64,000 nucleotides of DNA from assembly GCA_965113315.1 (NCBI GenBank), contig OZ220370.1; one strand, given 5' to 3'. The notes under the pieces are model-generated. The model made no database searches, had not been told where the DNA came from, and saw only the letters and a program-made list of their open reading frames with translations. This DNA comes from Podarcis vaucheri. Lineage: Eukaryota. The stretch's first letter is position 1; each line of letters begins with the position of its first letter. Of the stretch, positions 61,850 through 64,000 are shown in pieces. A program made the translations under genes and the position numbers.

Positions 61850-62020
61850 AAAACAAGAGAATTCTTTGGCAGCTAACATATGTATTGCGGAATAAGCTTT
61901 CATGGTGGACGCTAGCCCACAAAAACTTTCGCCATAATAAATTTGCTAGGCTTAAAAAGACTGTTGTTTTCAGGCAACAAATTTCAGTCTTTGAGGTGCC
62001 ACAAGACATTTTGTTCTTTT
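61850..62020. mobile_element. Penelope-like remnant
   Basis: ATAAGCTTTCATGG...CCCACAAAAACTT...AATAAA...AGTCTTTGAGGTGCCACAAGAC resembles PLE pseudo-LTR ends. Confidence 0.45.
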
Positions 62021-63084
62021 TATGGGCTTCTCTTGAATCATCAAATCACATGTGTAATTTTGTATCAGGACCAACTTTTTGATATAAAGGCGAGCCACTT
62101 AAAAATGGCAGGCAAAAGGAGACATTTGGCAGCCAAGTTTGGGTGTTACTCAGTTGATCCTAAGATAAATGTGAGTCATCAGTTGCTGCAACAGTGGACA
62201 AATAGAGGTGGCAGCTTAACACAGGATGATGCTTTCTGACTGAACATGTTTTAAAATGCTTCTCAGATTTTGGCAGGAACTACGGGCAATCAATTTCTAA
62301 AGTTATATCTACAATGGTAAATTAGCATTTACTGAATGGCCTGTTGTTGTTAAAATTTGTATACCACCCTTCATCTGAAAGATCACAAGTTGGTTTAATT
62401 AAAACCACTCTGCAAAGAATAATGGAATATGATACCAAAGGCATGAAAAGCAAACTAGTGGATTCCTGATATATTTGTTATTATCTCTTCTATGTAGCTG
62501 AGAATTCACATAGAAAATGTTCTTCTCTCTAGCTTACTCCAGAATGTCAGCAGTTTTTTGTTTGTTGCAGCAAAACCCACAATGACTACCTTAGAGGTTT
62601 ATTGTGGCATACAGGTTGTGTATTTTATTGCTTCAGTTGAGGCTATGTTCTTATCCCTATGCAAAGCATGGGTAGAGAGCGAATTTCCCCCTACCTCTCA
62701 TCTCATAATTCAAGGTCTTCAAAGAAGTGGTCTGCATACAGTTCAAGGCTGACATAAGAAAATACTTCTGTACAAAGTTCATAATTAACTCAGCATCCTA
62801 AGATGTGATGAGATTGCTTTATGAAAAATGGTTGAACCTACATAGATGAAGGCAGTATACCTCAAAGGAACAGCTGGTGCCTTTCATTTCTATGCCTTGC
62901 TTGACAGCTTGCAGAGGTCTTTGCTTTCTGATATTAACAGCAGAATGCTGATATAGATGGATTTTGCTTTGATTCAGCAAGGCAACTCTTGATCTTAGGT
63001 ACCCCAAGTGACTTGTGAATGTTCCAGGGAAATGAACATTTTTATTATGAATTATTATTATGCACACAGGTGTAAAACAAGATA

Positions 63085-63500
63085 CCGTATTTTTCCGTGT
63101 ATTGGACGAGGGTTTTTGACTCAAAAATCACTTCAGAAAACTGAGGTCGTCCAATACATGGATAGTAGCATGGCAGCGGGGAGAAGGGTGGTGTAACGCC
63201 AGCCATTCGGTGGGCTGGAGAGCGGCTTCCCCCGATGCTGCAGCGAGCGGGGAGCGATCTGGGGGGTGTTTACTGCCCACAGATGCGTGGTGGGGAGAAG
63301 CAGCGTGCTGCCAGCCAGCTCTTTGACGGGGGCGCAAATTCACCCAATGCCGTTGCGTGTGGGAAATGATCTAGGGAGTGTTTTCTGCCCACAGCTGCGT
63401 GGGGGAAGAGGCTGAACAACTTTGGGCCATCTCCCCTCATTTTCTTAAACGGAGGTGTGTGTCTTATACAAGGGGACGTCTTATAGACAGAAAAGTACAG
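63085..63500. mobile_element. Tc1/mariner (Tc2/pogo-like) non-autonomous element
   Basis: TA|CCGTATTTTTCCGTGTATTGGACG ... CGTCTTATAGACAGAAAAGTACAG|TA, with a GC/CpG-rich interior. Confidence 0.8.
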
Positions 63501-64000
63501 TAACTTGGTCAGCGATAAACTAGAAAATTGAAAAAGCCACCAGGTGATTCTGAAACTATTGTAGTCATTAGTTGGGTAATAGCCTAATCCTATACATGTT
63601 TACTTGGAAGTAAGGGTGAAAATAGACACAATGGTGTTCAATTTGTAAACAGCTGCTGGGGGCAGTGATCTGGATCAGGACCACAACAGGAGCAAAGGCT
63701 TGAATCTTCTCTCTCTCCCAGCCCCGGTATGGATTGGGCTTTCCTATACTTGTTATTTAGTAAACAAGAAACAATCATGAACATGCCATTGTCGTTCTCT
63801 CCACAAGTGCAACGGATTTTACTCCCAACAGCAAATGTCCACAGGATTGCAACCTTACAGCCCTGTTTTGTAAAGTTCAATGTACTTATCGACATACAGC
63901 CTGTGCAGAATCTATGCAGGATTTGGCTGTTAACCACTTAAAGCTAGCTATAATGCACTTTACATATAAGCTATTGAGAGAGGTTTTGTCAATCGTGGGC

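Noticed and set aside
63895-63936. Possible CSE of a next exon (GGCTGTTAACCA)
   Set aside because: Poor core match and no TGCAG module at the 28-29-nt offset; cannot be verified at the window edge.
59768-64000. Pcdhg constant exons or gammaC exons
   Set aside because: No QAPPNTDWRFSQ-like coding sequence or cadherin ORF was found; they must lie beyond the window.

Overview
This is vertebrate genomic DNA, probably from a squamate and likely a lacertid lizard, judged from Sauria-type SINEs and a tRNA-Lys/CR1-tailed SINE. It covers part of the variable region of the clustered protocadherin-gamma (Pcdhg) locus, all on the + strand. There are 10 full-length ~2.4-kb variable exons, each encoding a signal peptide, EC1-EC6, a TM segment and a variable cytoplasmic domain (VCD), and each ending at a phase-0 GT donor. 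Eight are intact and two carry a single inactivating lesion. Three decayed relics are also present (two clearly gammaA-type, one probably). Nine exons are gammaB-like. Eight of these fall into two subfamilies, here 'type A' (exons 1,3,5,8) and 'type B' (exons 2,4,6,9), that alternate as an ~11-kb doublet; exon 10 is a divergent gammaB and exon 7 is gammaA-like. Every exon has a CSE/CTCF-type promoter element (TGCAG module, then a C[G/A]CT or CAGT core, then GTTG[G/A]C) ~200-280 bp upstream. No constant exons or gammaC exons lie in the window. The locus type is well known, so I do not claim a wholly new system. The most notable window-specific signals are: (i) patchwork reassortment of EC1-EC4 segments among paralogues, including the two pseudogenes; (ii) homogenised promoters whose CSE has lost the CGCT CpG; (iii) a sharply bounded EC4-EC6 conversion tract in exon 10; (iv) gammaA decay alongside gammaB expansion. 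The spacers contain SINEs, CR1/L1/L2 fragments, Tc1/mariner and hAT MITEs, Penelope-like hairpins and microsatellites. All comparisons were made by eye and repeat family names are from recall, not database searches.
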